Assembly (NCBI GenBank): GCA_030041455.1
Contig: JASHNV010000119.1
Location: forward strand, 19,787-83,786
Length of the DNA stretch: 64,000 bases
From: Spirochaetia bacterium
Lineage (GTDB): Bacteria; Spirochaetota; Spirochaetia; DAHUYW01
Direction of reading: 5' to 3'
Position 1 is the first letter of the stretch; each line of letters starts with the position of its first letter. Made by a program: the position numbers and the translations under genes. The notes under the pieces are model-generated. The model was not told the DNA's origin. It made no database searches and saw only the letters and a list, made by a program, of their open reading frames with translations. Below are positions 9,307 through 22,353 of this stretch, piece by piece.

Positions 9307-10522
9307 GCGCTTCATCCCCTTCGCGCTTCCGTCGATCGGCGAAGAGGAGGAGCGCGGCGTCGTCGAGGTCCTCCGATCGGGATGGCTTACGACCGGACCG
9401 GTCGCGAAGCGCTTCGAGGCGGAGGTCGCCGCGCTCGTCGGCTCGCGCCACGCCCTCGCGCTCAATTCGGCGACCGCCGGGCTTCACCTCGCTCTCGAGG
9501 CGGTGGGCGTCGGAGCGGGCGACCGCGTGCTCACGACCCCCTACACCTTCGCGGCATCGGCGGAAGTCATCCGCTATCTCGGGGCGAGCCCGCTGTTCCT
9601 CGATATCGACGGGGAGACGCTCAACATCGATCCGTCCGGGGTCGAGGAGGCGCTCAGCCGGGGGCCTAGCCCGCGGGAGGGCGGCTCCATCCGCGCCGTC
9701 CTTCCCGTGCACGTCGGCGGCCTTCCCTGCCGCATGGAGCGAATCCTCGCGGCCTGCGCGGCGGCGGGGGTTCCGCTCGTCGAGGACGCCGCCCACGCCT
9801 TTCCGGTCCGGACCGAGGGGCTCGGCGGAAGGCGCGCCTACTGCGGAACCCTCGGCGCGGCGGGCGTGTACTCCTTCTACGCGACGAAGACGATCACGAC
9901 CGGCGAAGGGGGCATGCTCGTGACCGACTCCGACGAGATCGCGCGCCGCGTGTCGCTCATGCGCCTGCACGGGATCGACCGCGAGGTCTGGAACCGCTAC
10001 GTATCGCGGGACGCCGAGTGGAGATACGAGATCGTCGAGGCGGGCTACAAATACAATCTCACCGACATCGCCGCCGCGATCGGAAGGGCGCAGCTCGCGA
10101 AAGCGGCGGATTTCCTCGAGCGCCGGAGGTCGATCGCGGCGAGGTACCTCGCCGCGTTCGCCGACGCGGACTACCTCAGGCTTCCCGCGGCCTCCGACGA
10201 TCACGCCTGGCACCTCTTTACTCTCAGGATCGTTGAAGATAGACTCACGATCGACCGCGACGAGATGGTGAGAAGCCTGATGGACCACGGTATCGGTGTG
10301 AGCGTCCATTTCATCCCGCTCCACATCATGCCCTACTACCGAAACGCCTACGGCTTCAAGCCGGAGGACTTCCCGAACGCCTTGCAAGCCTACCGGACGA
10401 TATTCAGCCTCCCCATCTATCCGTCCCTGACAGACGAGCAGGTCGAGAGGGTCGTCGCCGGCGTGAGGTCCGTCGCGGAGCGTCACCGCCGAGGAAGGCC
10501 GGATGCCGGGCGAAGAGGATAG
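9290..10522 (+). CDS. DegT/DnrJ/EryC1/StrS PLP sugar aminotransferase
   Basis: SGWLTTGP, NSATAGLHL, EDAAHA and SFYATKTITTGEGG motifs; the catalytic Lys is present. Confidence 0.95.
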   Translation: MNPNTERFIPFALPSIGEEEERGVVEVLRSGWLTTGPVAKRFEAEVAALVGSRHALALNSATAGLHLALEAVGVGAGDRVLTTPYTFAASAEVIRYLGASPLFLDIDGETLNIDPSGVEEALSRGPSPREGGSIRAVLPVHVGGLPCRMERILAACAAAGVPLVEDAAHAFPVRTEGLGGRRAYCGTLGAAGVYSFYATKTITTGEGGMLVTDSDEIARRVSLMRLHGIDREVWNRYVSRDAEWRYEIVEAGYKYNLTDIAAAIGRAQLAKAADFLERRRSIAARYLAAFADADYLRLPAASDDHAWHLFTLRIVEDRLTIDRDEMVRSLMDHGIGVSVHFIPLHIMPYYRNAYGFKPEDFPNALQAYRTIFSLPIYPSLTDEQVERVVAGVRSVAERHRRGRPDAGRRG

Positions 10523-12542
10523 GTTCGTCGGCGACTTCCTCGGCGAGAACGCGCTCTCCTGCAACGTCATTCGCTCCGCCGTGGCGCGCGGCAGGATCCT
10601 CTCGGTGAGCCATCCGAGGCTCCCGGAGGGCGTCTTCCTCTGTAGCGCGCGGGACGTTCCCGGCGACAATCGGCTCGCCGCCCTCGGATCCCCCTGCCCG
10701 CTTCTCGCCTCGCGGGAGGTGAGCTACCGGGGCGAGGCCGTGCTGCTCCTGTGCGGAAGCGACGAGCGGGCGCTCGAGGCGATCGCCGAGGAGATCGAGA
10801 TCCGGTACGCCGAGGAGGAGCCGCTCGTCTTCTCCGCGCCGAGCGACGACCAAATCGTCGATCGGCGCGAGGTGGTGGTCGGCGATCCCGACGCGGCGCT
10901 TGCGGAAGCCTTTCAGCTCGCCGAAGGGGAATACTCAACCGGCGCCCAGGAGCACTTCGCGAGCGACCCGCACGGAGCCCTCGTCGTTCCCCGCGAGGGG
11001 GGCTGCCTCGTCTACTGCCCGACCCAGTGGCCCTTCCACGTCCGGCGCACGGTCGCCTCCGCGCTCGGCGTCGCCGAGAAGCACGTCGAGGTCAGGGTGA
11101 CGCGCATGAGCGCGCATCGGGACTCCAAGATCTGGTTTCCTTCGCTCGTCGCGGCGCACGCGGCGTTGGCGGCGCGGAAATCCGGGCGAGCGGTGCGGCT
11201 CCTCGTCGAGCCGAGCGCGACGGCCTCCTTCACTCCGAAGCGGGCGCCGACCCGCGTCTCGATCCGCACGGGACTCGACCGCGAAGGCAACCCCGTCGCC
11301 CACGACATCGGGGTCTTCGTCGACGGAGGAGCCTTCCCCGTGCTCGGCGCCGAGCTCCTCGAGCGGACGATCGAAGGCGCGCTCGGAGGCTACGCGAGCC
11401 TTCCGGTGCGGCTGCGCGGCTTTCTCGTGAAGACGAGCTCCCCTCCGCTCGACGCCTTCGTCGGTCTCGGTCTTTCACAGGGCTTCTTTGCCGCGGAAAC
11501 CCACGCTTCGCGCCTCGCCGAGCTTTCCTCGACCGATCCGTTCACGTGGAAGGAGCGAAACCTCGTGAAGACGGGGGGGCGCCTCGCCTCGGGCGGCACG
11601 CCCTCGCACTACCCTCCGCCGGAGCTCCTCAGGCGCGTCGCCGAGGTCTCGGACTTCACGCGCAAGCACGCCTCCTACGAGATGCACAAGAAGCGCCGCA
11701 CCAAGGTCCCGGAGGAGGCGAAGCCGCTCAGGGGAATCGGCCTCTCGGTCGCCTACCAGGGAAGCGGCCTCGTGGGTCGCGGGGAGGAGCGATCGAGCTC
11801 CTCGGTCGTCGCGCGGCTCGACGCCGACGGAAGCCTCCTCATCCTCACCTCCGCCGTGTCGGTCGAGGGCATGGCCGAGCGCGCGTGGATCGACGCCGCA
11901 AGCAGGATCCTCGGCATCGAGAAAAAGCGGGTCGTGGTAGCGGAGTCGCGAACGGACTCCGTGCCGGACTCCGGGCCCTCGGCGCTCTCGAGGAACGTGA
12001 CGATCGTGAGGGAGCTCGTGGAGAGCTGCTGCAACGCCGTCGTGCGAAAGCGCTTTCGGGCGGCGCTTCCCATCGAGGTCAAGAGGACCTATCGGCCTCC
12101 GCGCGCGGGCCGCTGGGACGAGGAGCGGCGGACGGGCTTCCGGTTTCCGTCTCTTTCCTGGGGCGCGGCGGTCGTCGAGACCGAGGTCGACCCGATAACG
12201 CTCGAGACCTCGATCCGCGGCATCTGGACGGCGATCTCCTGCGGCGCGGTGCTCGACCCTCGCGCGGCTCGGCGTACGATCGAGAACGGAGTTTTCCACG
12301 CCCTGTGGTGGTGCACCTCCGACCACGCCTCGGCGCGACGGCCCCGGGTTCTCGCGATTCCGCCGATCTCGGTCGACTTTCTCCCGGGGGGGCCGAAGGG
12401 CTTCGCGGGCGGGATCGAGGAGCTTGCCGGAAGCGTCATTCCGTCCGCCTACGTTTCGGCGGTCGCGCAGGCGACCGGCCGTTACTTCGACGCCCTCCCG
12501 ATCACCCCCGAGCTCGTTCACCGCTACACGGAGGAGCCATGA
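10503..12542 (+). CDS. Xanthine dehydrogenase family large (molybdopterin-type) subunit, degenerate
   Basis: V.Y.GEAV, QEHF, PTQWP, GIGLS, TDSVPDSGP and AVVE.EVDP.T motifs. The Gly-rich Moco motifs are altered. Confidence 0.85.
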   Translation: MPGEEDRFVGDFLGENALSCNVIRSAVARGRILSVSHPRLPEGVFLCSARDVPGDNRLAALGSPCPLLASREVSYRGEAVLLLCGSDERALEAIAEEIEIRYAEEEPLVFSAPSDDQIVDRREVVVGDPDAALAEAFQLAEGEYSTGAQEHFASDPHGALVVPREGGCLVYCPTQWPFHVRRTVASALGVAEKHVEVRVTRMSAHRDSKIWFPSLVAAHAALAARKSGRAVRLLVEPSATASFTPKRAPTRVSIRTGLDREGNPVAHDIGVFVDGGAFPVLGAELLERTIEGALGGYASLPVRLRGFLVKTSSPPLDAFVGLGLSQGFFAAETHASRLAELSSTDPFTWKERNLVKTGGRLASGGTPSHYPPPELLRRVAEVSDFTRKHASYEMHKKRRTKVPEEAKPLRGIGLSVAYQGSGLVGRGEERSSSSVVARLDADGSLLILTSAVSVEGMAERAWIDAASRILGIEKKRVVVAESRTDSVPDSGPSALSRNVTIVRELVESCCNAVVRKRFRAALPIEVKRTYRPPRAGRWDEERRTGFRFPSLSWGAAVVETEVDPITLETSIRGIWTAISCGAVLDPRAARRTIENGVFHALWWCTSDHASARRPRVLAIPPISVDFLPGGPKGFAGGIEELAGSVIPSAYVSAVAQATGRYFDALPITPELVHRYTEEP

Positions 12543-13021
12543 CGGTCGCTTTCATGCTGAACGGCCGAAGCGTCACGGTCAACGTCGAACCCGAACGGCG
12601 GCTCGTCGACATCCTCCGCGAGGATTTCGAGCTCACGCGCACGAAAGCCGGCTGCTACGCGGGCGACTGCGGCGCGTGCACCGTGCTGCTCAACGGCGCG
12701 CTCGCGGTGTCGTGCATGCTTCCCGCCTTCGCGCTGCGGGGCGCGAGCGTTCTCACGATCGACGGATTCTCGAGGACCCGGGACTACGGCGACATCCTTC
12801 GCTCGTTCAACGAGGCCGGCTACGCGCCGTGCGGCTACTGCGCGCAGGGGCGGATCCTCTCGGTGCACGTGCTCCTCGAGAAGCACGCCGAGCCGAGCGA
12901 GGAGCAGATCCTCTCGGGCCTCGCGGGGATCGGCTGTCAGTGCGCCGACTACTCGACGCTCCTGCGCGCGGTGAGCCTCGCGGCTTCCGCCCGCAAGAGC
13001 CGCCGGAGGGCGAGGAGGTAG
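12539..13021 (+). CDS. CoxS/XdhA-like 2x[2Fe-2S] subunit
   Basis: ATGA overlap with GAGGAG SD. Cysteine motifs GCYAGDCGACTV...SC and CGYC...CQC. Confidence 0.92.
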   Translation: MTVAFMLNGRSVTVNVEPERRLVDILREDFELTRTKAGCYAGDCGACTVLLNGALAVSCMLPAFALRGASVLTIDGFSRTRDYGDILRSFNEAGYAPCGYCAQGRILSVHVLLEKHAEPSEEQILSGLAGIGCQCADYSTLLRAVSLAASARKSRRRARR

Positions 13022-13024
13022 CGC

Positions 13025-13879
13025 ACGGCGGAACGGCAGACGGTCATCCACGCGCCCGAGACCCTGAGCGAGCTTCTTTCGCTCTACCGGAGGCTCCCTT
13101 CCGCGCTCCTGTTCAACGGGGGCACGCACATCCTCCGCCTTCAGCCCGTCAAGCACGTCCGCCTTCCCGCGAACGTCATCAACATATCGAGGATCGAGGA
13201 GCTCCACCACATCAGCCGGACCGAGCGGCACATCGACGTGGGCTCCGCGGTGCCGATCAGCCGGATCCTCGACATCGGCGCGAACGTCCTCCCGCGCGTG
13301 ATGCATCTTGCCCTTTCCGAGCTCGGCACCCCCGCGATACGGAATCGCGCCACGCTCGGAGGCAACATCTGCATCCGAGAGCGGCGAATGAGCGCCTTTC
13401 CGGTCTACCTGCTCCTCGACATCCAGCTCGAGCTCAAGCGCGCCGGCACGACGAGGTGGATTCCGCTCAGCCGCTTCGCCCCGGGGGGCGGGAAGATCGA
13501 CCTCCAGCGAAGCGAGGTGCTCACGAGGATACGCATCCCGTTCGCGGCGTGGGATTTCGAGGTCTACCGGAGAATCAACCGGGAGACGAGCGATTCCGCC
13601 GACTTCCTGTCCTTCTGCGGGCTCGCGCGCACCGAAAAGAACGTCATCCAGGACATCCGCATCGCCTACGGGACCGCCGGATCCGAGGTGATCCGAAGCC
13701 GCGAGATCGAGAACGAGCTCGTCGGCCGGAAGCTCCCGATCGGGAAACGGGAGCTCGGCCCGATCATGGAGATCCTCGACGCGGCTCTTGCGCTCGCCGC
13801 CGACGCGCTCACGAGCTTCAAGCGGGAGCGGATTCGGAGCCTCCTCGGCTGGTTTCTCGCGGAGCTCCCGGACCGGTAG
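13025..13879 (+). CDS. CoxM/XdhB-like FAD-binding subunit (start non-canonical or uncertain)
   Basis: The frame is open from 13022 and encodes HAPETLSE...NGGTHI upstream of the track start at 13238, then IRNRATLGGNI. ACG at 13025 follows the SD GAGGAGG. Confidence 0.85.
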   Translation, partial: TAERQTVIHAPETLSELLSLYRRLPSALLFNGGTHILRLQPVKHVRLPANVINISRIEELHHISRTERHIDVGSAVPISRILDIGANVLPRVMHLALSELGTPAIRNRATLGGNICIRERRMSAFPVYLLLDIQLELKRAGTTRWIPLSRFAPGGGKIDLQRSEVLTRIRIPFAAWDFEVYRRINRETSDSADFLSFCGLARTEKNVIQDIRIAYGTAGSEVIRSREIENELVGRKLPIGKRELGPIMEILDAALALAADALTSFKRERIRSLLGWFLAELPDR

Positions 13880-13895
13880 CGCCGCGCTTCGCTTC

Positions 13896-13924
13896 TTTAC
13901 AGAGCCCCGGTTGGAAGCTATAGT
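13896..13924 (+). promoter_or_regulatory. Sigma70-like promoter upstream of dnaE
   Basis: TTTACA-17nt-TATAGT. Confidence 0.65.
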
Positions 13925-14094
13925 CGTTCGCGGCGGCGCGCTGGCGCCCGGCATCGGCGCGGCGTCCGAGGCGCTTCGCTCAGGGGCCTCAAGGCGGAGC
14001 GCGCGAGCGGGACATCGGAGCGGGCGGGCCGTCCGCGACGCCGGGGGTCGGAGCGTGCTTCCCGCGGGGAGCCCGGCGCGATTCTGGGGGAGCC

Positions 14095-17517
<3,423 letters not shown>

Positions 17518-17526
17518 GAGCTGCAG

Positions 17527-18114
17527 ATGCAAATAGCGATGCGCGTCGTGAGCGCTGTCATCACGGTTTACATGATAGGGATCTTCCTGCGCGTGCTTTT
17601 GACCTGGTTCCAGGGCCCGAGCATGGGGCAGCCTTTCTACCTGCTCGCCGCCGTCACGGACCCGTACCTGAGCCTTTTCCGCCGCATCCGATTCCTGCGC
17701 ACCGACAGGATCGACTTCTCGCCGCTCGTCGCCCTCATCGTGCTGGTCGTCCTCCTGAACATCACCAACACCCTCGCGAGCTACGGGACGATCACGGTCG
17801 GCATCGTGCTCGCGCTCGTTCTGCAGGCCGCGTGGTCGGCGCTCGCATTCGTCATCGTCTTCGTGCTCGTGATCGACGTCATCCGGCTCCTCGGCGAGGT
17901 CTTCAACGTGAACTCGGTTTCCGCCTTCTGGCACACCCTCGACGTCATCCTCCAGCCCTTCCTCGGCTGGGTGGCGCGCGTCGTGTTCCGATCGAGGCCG
18001 CTCACGTACCTCACCGCCCTCGTCGCAGGCGGCGTGCTTCTCCTCATTCTCGTCGTGGCGGGCCGCTTCCTCGCTCACGGGCTCATCAATCTCGTCCAGG
18101 AGCTCCCGTTCTGA
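17527..18114 (+). CDS. yggT: YggT family membrane protein
   Basis: TDPYLSLFRR...IDFSPL motif and hydrophobic helices. Confidence 0.88.
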   Translation: MQIAMRVVSAVITVYMIGIFLRVLLTWFQGPSMGQPFYLLAAVTDPYLSLFRRIRFLRTDRIDFSPLVALIVLVVLLNITNTLASYGTITVGIVLALVLQAAWSALAFVIVFVLVIDVIRLLGEVFNVNSVSAFWHTLDVILQPFLGWVARVVFRSRPLTYLTALVAGGVLLLILVVAGRFLAHGLINLVQELPF

Positions 18115-18154
18115 AGGCCCGGGGGGCCTCGCAAGCCCGGAGGCGTTAGGCGGG

Positions 18155-20233
18155 ATGTTCCTTCGCGAGCTTCGCCACCCCGTCTCGAACCTGAAGGGGG
18201 TGGGCCCCGCGACCGCCCTAGCTTTCAAGAGCGTCGGCGTCGCGACGATCGCCGATCTCCTCCTGTACTTTCCCCGCGACTACGAGGATCGAAGCCTCCC
18301 GCGGCCGCTGTCCCTCGTGTCCCGGGACGCGGAGAGCGCCGTGGTCAATACGACGGTGGTCGTCGAGCGGCAGGCCTGGGTCGGCAGGCGGTCCGGGCGG
18401 ACCCTCAAGGTGATCGTCCGCGAGATCGACGGCGGGCGCGCGTCGCTCGTGTGCTTCGGACGCAATTACCTCGGCAAGACGCTCCTTCCCGGGGAGCGTT
18501 TCTCCCTGTTCGGAAGCTTTACCTGGCGGTACGGCGAGCTCACGAGCTCCAATTTCGAGGTCGAGCTCTCTAGCGAGCGCGCCCCTTCGGCGAACAACAT
18601 CGTGCCGATCTATCCCTTGACCGAAGGCCTGAGCCAAGCCGGCGTGCGGAAGGCGGTCGCGCGCGCGCTTGCCGAGTACGGCGACCACCTCGCCGACGAG
18701 CTCCCTCGCGAGATCATGACTCGGCGGCTCCTCCTCGGCAAGGCGGCCGGACTCCGCGGGCTCCACGTTCCCGACTCGGCGGAGGGCGTCGAGCGGGCCC
18801 GCTTCACCCTTGCCTACGAGGAGCTCTTCTACCTCCAGCTCATCGTCGGCCGGCGCACGCTTCGCCGCCGCGCCCTCGTGCGTCCGCGCAGAGCCTTCTC
18901 CACGCTCCTTCAGGAGAAGCTCGTGACGAGGCTTCCCTTCGCGCTCACCGCGGACCAGCGCACGGCGCTCGACGAGATCAACCGCGATCTCGCCTCCGAT
19001 CGGCCGATGGCGCGCCTGCTGCAGGGGGAAGTCGGCTCGGGCAAGACCCTCGTGTCGCTCCTCTCCGCGCTCGCCGCCGCGGAGTCGGGCCTGCAGGTCG
19101 CCCTCATGGCGCCGACCGAGCTCCTCGCGCGCCAGCACGCCGAGACCGCGGCCGGGCTCCTCGCTCCCCTCGGCGTGCGGCTCGCGTTTCTCAGCGGGAA
19201 CGTGAAGGACGCAAGCCGCTCCCGGCTCCTCGAGGCGCTACGCGCGGGGGAGATCGATCTCGTCGTCGGGACTCACGCGCTTTTCGCCCGGGGCGTCGCG
19301 TTCCGCCGTCTCGGCCTCGTCATCGTCGACGAGCAGCACCGCTTCGGCGTCGCGCAGCGTCTCGCCCTCGTCGAGAAGGGCGAGACGCCCGACCTCCTCC
19401 TCATGACCGCCACGCCGATCCCCCGAACCCTCGCGCTCACGGTGTTCGGCGACCTCGACGTTTCCACGATCCGGACCCTCCCGGCCGGACGGAAGCCGGT
19501 CGCGACCCACCTCGCGAGGGAGGGCAACGAGCAGAAGGTGTACGACTGGGTCCGCTCCGAGATCGGCCGCGGACGGCAGGCCTACTTCGTCTACCCGATC
19601 ATCCGCTCCTCCGAGAGTCTCAACGTGAAGGACGCCGAGTCGACGTTCCTCCACCTGCGCGACACGGTCTTCGCGGGCTTCCGGGTGGCGCTGTGCCACT
19701 CCGAGCTCGGCGAGGAGGAGAAGGCCGACGTCATGAGACGCTTCGCCGAGCGGCAGATCGACGTGCTCGTCGCGACGAGCGTCGTCGAGGTCGGCGTCGA
19801 CGCGCCGAACGCGACGGTCATGGTCGTCGAGCACGCCGAGCGCTTCGGCCTCGCCGCGCTCCACCAGCTGCGCGGCCGGGTCGGACGGGGAAGCGAGCGC
19901 TCCTACGCTTTCCTCGTCTACGGCGAGCCGCTCAGCGAAGAGGGCAAGCGCCGCCTGAAGGCGGTGAAGGAGACGAACGACGGCTTCAAGCTCTCCGAGG
20001 AGGACCTCCGCCTGCGCGGCCCCGGAGAGCTCGCCGGGCGCAGGCAGTCGGGCTACATCAAGCTCTCCGTCGCGAACCTCGTCACCGACCTCCCGATCGT
20101 GAAGCTCGCCCGCGAGGACGCCTTTGATCTCCTCAAGAAGGATCCCGGACTGCTCGCCGACGAGCACGCCTGCGTGCGCGAGGTGCTCGATCGCGCGCCG
20201 CCCTTCGCCGACGACGCGTTTGAGGGAGGCTGA
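18155..20233 (+). CDS. recG: ATP-dependent DNA helicase RecG
   Basis: RLLQGEVGSGKT, DEQHRFG, MTATPIPRTL, QLRGRVGRG and DLRLRGPGE motifs. Confidence 0.97.
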   Translation: MFLRELRHPVSNLKGVGPATALAFKSVGVATIADLLLYFPRDYEDRSLPRPLSLVSRDAESAVVNTTVVVERQAWVGRRSGRTLKVIVREIDGGRASLVCFGRNYLGKTLLPGERFSLFGSFTWRYGELTSSNFEVELSSERAPSANNIVPIYPLTEGLSQAGVRKAVARALAEYGDHLADELPREIMTRRLLLGKAAGLRGLHVPDSAEGVERARFTLAYEELFYLQLIVGRRTLRRRALVRPRRAFSTLLQEKLVTRLPFALTADQRTALDEINRDLASDRPMARLLQGEVGSGKTLVSLLSALAAAESGLQVALMAPTELLARQHAETAAGLLAPLGVRLAFLSGNVKDASRSRLLEALRAGEIDLVVGTHALFARGVAFRRLGLVIVDEQHRFGVAQRLALVEKGETPDLLLMTATPIPRTLALTVFGDLDVSTIRTLPAGRKPVATHLAREGNEQKVYDWVRSEIGRGRQAYFVYPIIRSSESLNVKDAESTFLHLRDTVFAGFRVALCHSELGEEEKADVMRRFAERQIDVLVATSVVEVGVDAPNATVMVVEHAERFGLAALHQLRGRVGRGSERSYAFLVYGEPLSEEGKRRLKAVKETNDGFKLSEEDLRLRGPGELAGRRQSGYIKLSVANLVTDLPIVKLAREDAFDLLKKDPGLLADEHACVREVLDRAPPFADDAFEGG

Positions 20234-20235
20234 CG

Positions 20236-20787
20236 GTGCGGATCACCGGGGGAGCGTACGTGAGGAGAACGATCAAGGTGCCGAAGGGCGAGATCCGGCC
20301 GGCGATGGACCGGATGCGGGTCTCGGTCTTCGCCGCCCTCGGCGATCTCGAAGGGCTCTCGTTTCTCGACCTTTTCAGCGGCTCCGGCGTCGTCGGGATC
20401 GAGGCCGCCTCGCGCGGCGCCGCTCCGGTCACGCTCGTGGAGCGCGACCGGGGCAAGCGGGAGGTCATCCTCGAGAACCTGCGCATCGTCGAGTCGACCA
20501 TACGGCTGAGGATCATGCCGGCCGAGCGGTTCGTCGAGACCTCCCGGGGCGTCTTCGACGTCGTGTTCCTCGATCCGCCCTTCGCCTACGGGTCGAAGGA
20601 GGCGCTCGTCAGGCGGATCGCCGAGCGCGGAATCGTCGGCGGCACGCTGCTCATCCACCTTCCGGCAAGCGAGAGCCTTCCCGAGATGATCGGAGACCTC
20701 GCCCGCTACGACTTCAGGCGTTACGGCCGCTCGACGGTCGCCTTCTACCGCCGGGAGCCGGCCGCCCCGAAAGCCCCGGCGAGGTGA
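20236..20787 (+). CDS. rsmD: 16S rRNA m2G966 methyltransferase
   Basis: MRITGG, IRP..DRMR, LDLFSGSG..GIEAASRGA and DPPF motifs. Confidence 0.93.
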   Translation: MRITGGAYVRRTIKVPKGEIRPAMDRMRVSVFAALGDLEGLSFLDLFSGSGVVGIEAASRGAAPVTLVERDRGKREVILENLRIVESTIRLRIMPAERFVETSRGVFDVVFLDPPFAYGSKEALVRRIAERGIVGGTLLIHLPASESLPEMIGDLARYDFRRYGRSTVAFYRREPAAPKAPAR

Positions 20788-20835
20788 CCAAAGCCGTCGA
20801 TATCTGCTATCATGCGTGATGTCGGGAGGAAGGAC

Positions 20836-21933
20836 GTGACGGCCAAGCGACGAACGCTGCTTCAGATACCCCAGGGAACCGAGGGTTTCTATCTCGAGGA
20901 GGCCTTTCGTCACCGGCGAATCGTCGCGCTCCTCGACGGGCTGTACGAGAGCTGGGGCTACCTGCCCGTGCACACCCCGATCTTCGACTTCTTCGACAAC
21001 TACAAGCCGCTCTTGGGCGATCGGGCGCTCGAGAGCGTCTATCGGCTGATCGACCGCGACGGAGACCTTCTCATGCTTCGCTCCGACATCACGCTCTTCC
21101 TCGCGCGCCAGATGGGACTCGCGCTGCGCGCCGAGCACCTGCCCGTGCGCGTCTACTACTCCGACATCATCCTTCGCCATCAGGACCGCGAGGACATCTC
21201 CCGAAACGAGTTCTTTCAGTCGGGCGTCGAGCTGATCGGACGGCAGGGCGAGGCCGCCGACCTTGAGATCCTGCTCCTCCTCGAGCGCACCCTCGCGCTC
21301 GTCGATCTGCGCGCCGTCATCCACCTCGGCTCGCACGCTCTGTTCGCCGCCTGCTCGGCGGGGCTCTCGGAGGCCGACCGCCAAGCGCTCGGCGCGGCGA
21401 TCGGCGGGCGCGACGCCGAGCGCGTAGCCGGGCTCCTGCAGTCGCGGGACGGCGTCTCGGCCGACTACCTGACGCGCCTGTTCCTTTTCATCGGCGACGG
21501 CGCGGAGCTGCGCACCCTCTATCTGGAGGGAAAGCGGAGCGGTTTCCTGCCGGAGGCCGCGCTTCGCGAGCTCCAGCATCTGCACAGCCTCCTCGAAGAG
21601 CTCTCCGCCCTGGCGACGCGCCCGGCCTTCCGCGTCGATTTGTCGGAGATCGGAGGCCAGCCCTACTACACCGGCATCGTGTTCCAGGCCTACCTCGAGA
21701 ACCAGGACTCGGCGATCGCCTCAGGCGGCCGCTACGACCGGCTGCTCGAGTTCTTCGGATTCCCGGCGCCGTCGGTCGGCTTCTCGCTCCTCCTCCGGAA
21801 GGTGGAGCCCGCGATCCGGGACCAGGGCCGATTCGATCGGCCCACGATCGAGCGAGTCGAGGAGGAGAGCTTCGCGAAGGCCTTTCTCCGGGCCGAAGAG
21901 CTGCGCAAGAAAGGAAAGATCGCGGTCCTGTAG
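20836..21933 (+). CDS. hisZ: ATP phosphoribosyltransferase regulatory subunit
   Basis: LRSDIT, EFFQSGVELIG, YYTG and SGGRYD motifs. GTG at 20836 follows GGAGG and is preferred over ATG 20812. Confidence 0.92.
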   Translation: MTAKRRTLLQIPQGTEGFYLEEAFRHRRIVALLDGLYESWGYLPVHTPIFDFFDNYKPLLGDRALESVYRLIDRDGDLLMLRSDITLFLARQMGLALRAEHLPVRVYYSDIILRHQDREDISRNEFFQSGVELIGRQGEAADLEILLLLERTLALVDLRAVIHLGSHALFAACSAGLSEADRQALGAAIGGRDAERVAGLLQSRDGVSADYLTRLFLFIGDGAELRTLYLEGKRSGFLPEAALRELQHLHSLLEELSALATRPAFRVDLSEIGGQPYYTGIVFQAYLENQDSAIASGGRYDRLLEFFGFPAPSVGFSLLLRKVEPAIRDQGRFDRPTIERVEEESFAKAFLRAEELRKKGKIAVL

Positions 21934-22014
21934 GGACTGGCGCGGCCGGTTGACGCGAAGGCGTCCGACGGCCACAATGGCTCGTTTCGTACGGTACGCT
22001 CCCGGGGTGGCGCA

Positions 22015-22260
22015 ATGCGATTTCAAAGAGTAGAAGAGCTTCCGGAGGACCTTGCGGCGCTTTGCCTCTACCTGAGCGAAGAGCTGCAGCCGGGACTCCC
22101 GAAGCTCGAGCTCCTGAGGCGGGCCGGCCCGCCCTGGCTCGCCCTTCCGGCGTCGGCGTCCTCCGACGGCAACGAGCTCTACGTCTATCCGAGCATCGAC
22201 GACGAATCCTGCGTTTTCGTCTATCTGAAAGGCGGGTACGTCTCCACCGCGAGCTGCTGA
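22015..22260 (+). CDS. Hypothetical protein (81 aa)
   Basis: Protein-like composition, with its own promoter-like TTGACG-17nt-CACAAT at 21950-21978. Confidence 0.6.
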   Translation: MRFQRVEELPEDLAALCLYLSEELQPGLPKLELLRRAGPPWLALPASASSDGNELYVYPSIDDESCVFVYLKGGYVSTASC

Positions 22261-22291
22261 GCCTGGCGACCGACCGGGCTCGTCGCGGCGA

Positions 22292-22320
22292 TTGACAGGC
22301 CCCGGAGTCGAGTTCACGAT
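22292..22320 (+). promoter_or_regulatory. Possible hisG promoter
   Basis: TTGACA-17nt-CACGAT. Confidence 0.45.
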
Positions 22321-22353
22321 GCGGGTACCAACACCAACCATGGCGGCTTTACG

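Noticed and set aside
9290-10522. DegT protein as an E1/ColD-type dehydrase
   Set aside because: The catalytic Lys is retained (SFYATK) and no Fe-S cysteine cluster is evident.
13019-13021. Pyrrolysine recoding of the TAG
   Set aside because: There are no pyl genes in the window, and TAG serves as an ordinary stop in many genes here.
13925-14094. GC-rich dnaE leader as a riboswitch
   Set aside because: It has no recognisable aptamer motif or terminator.
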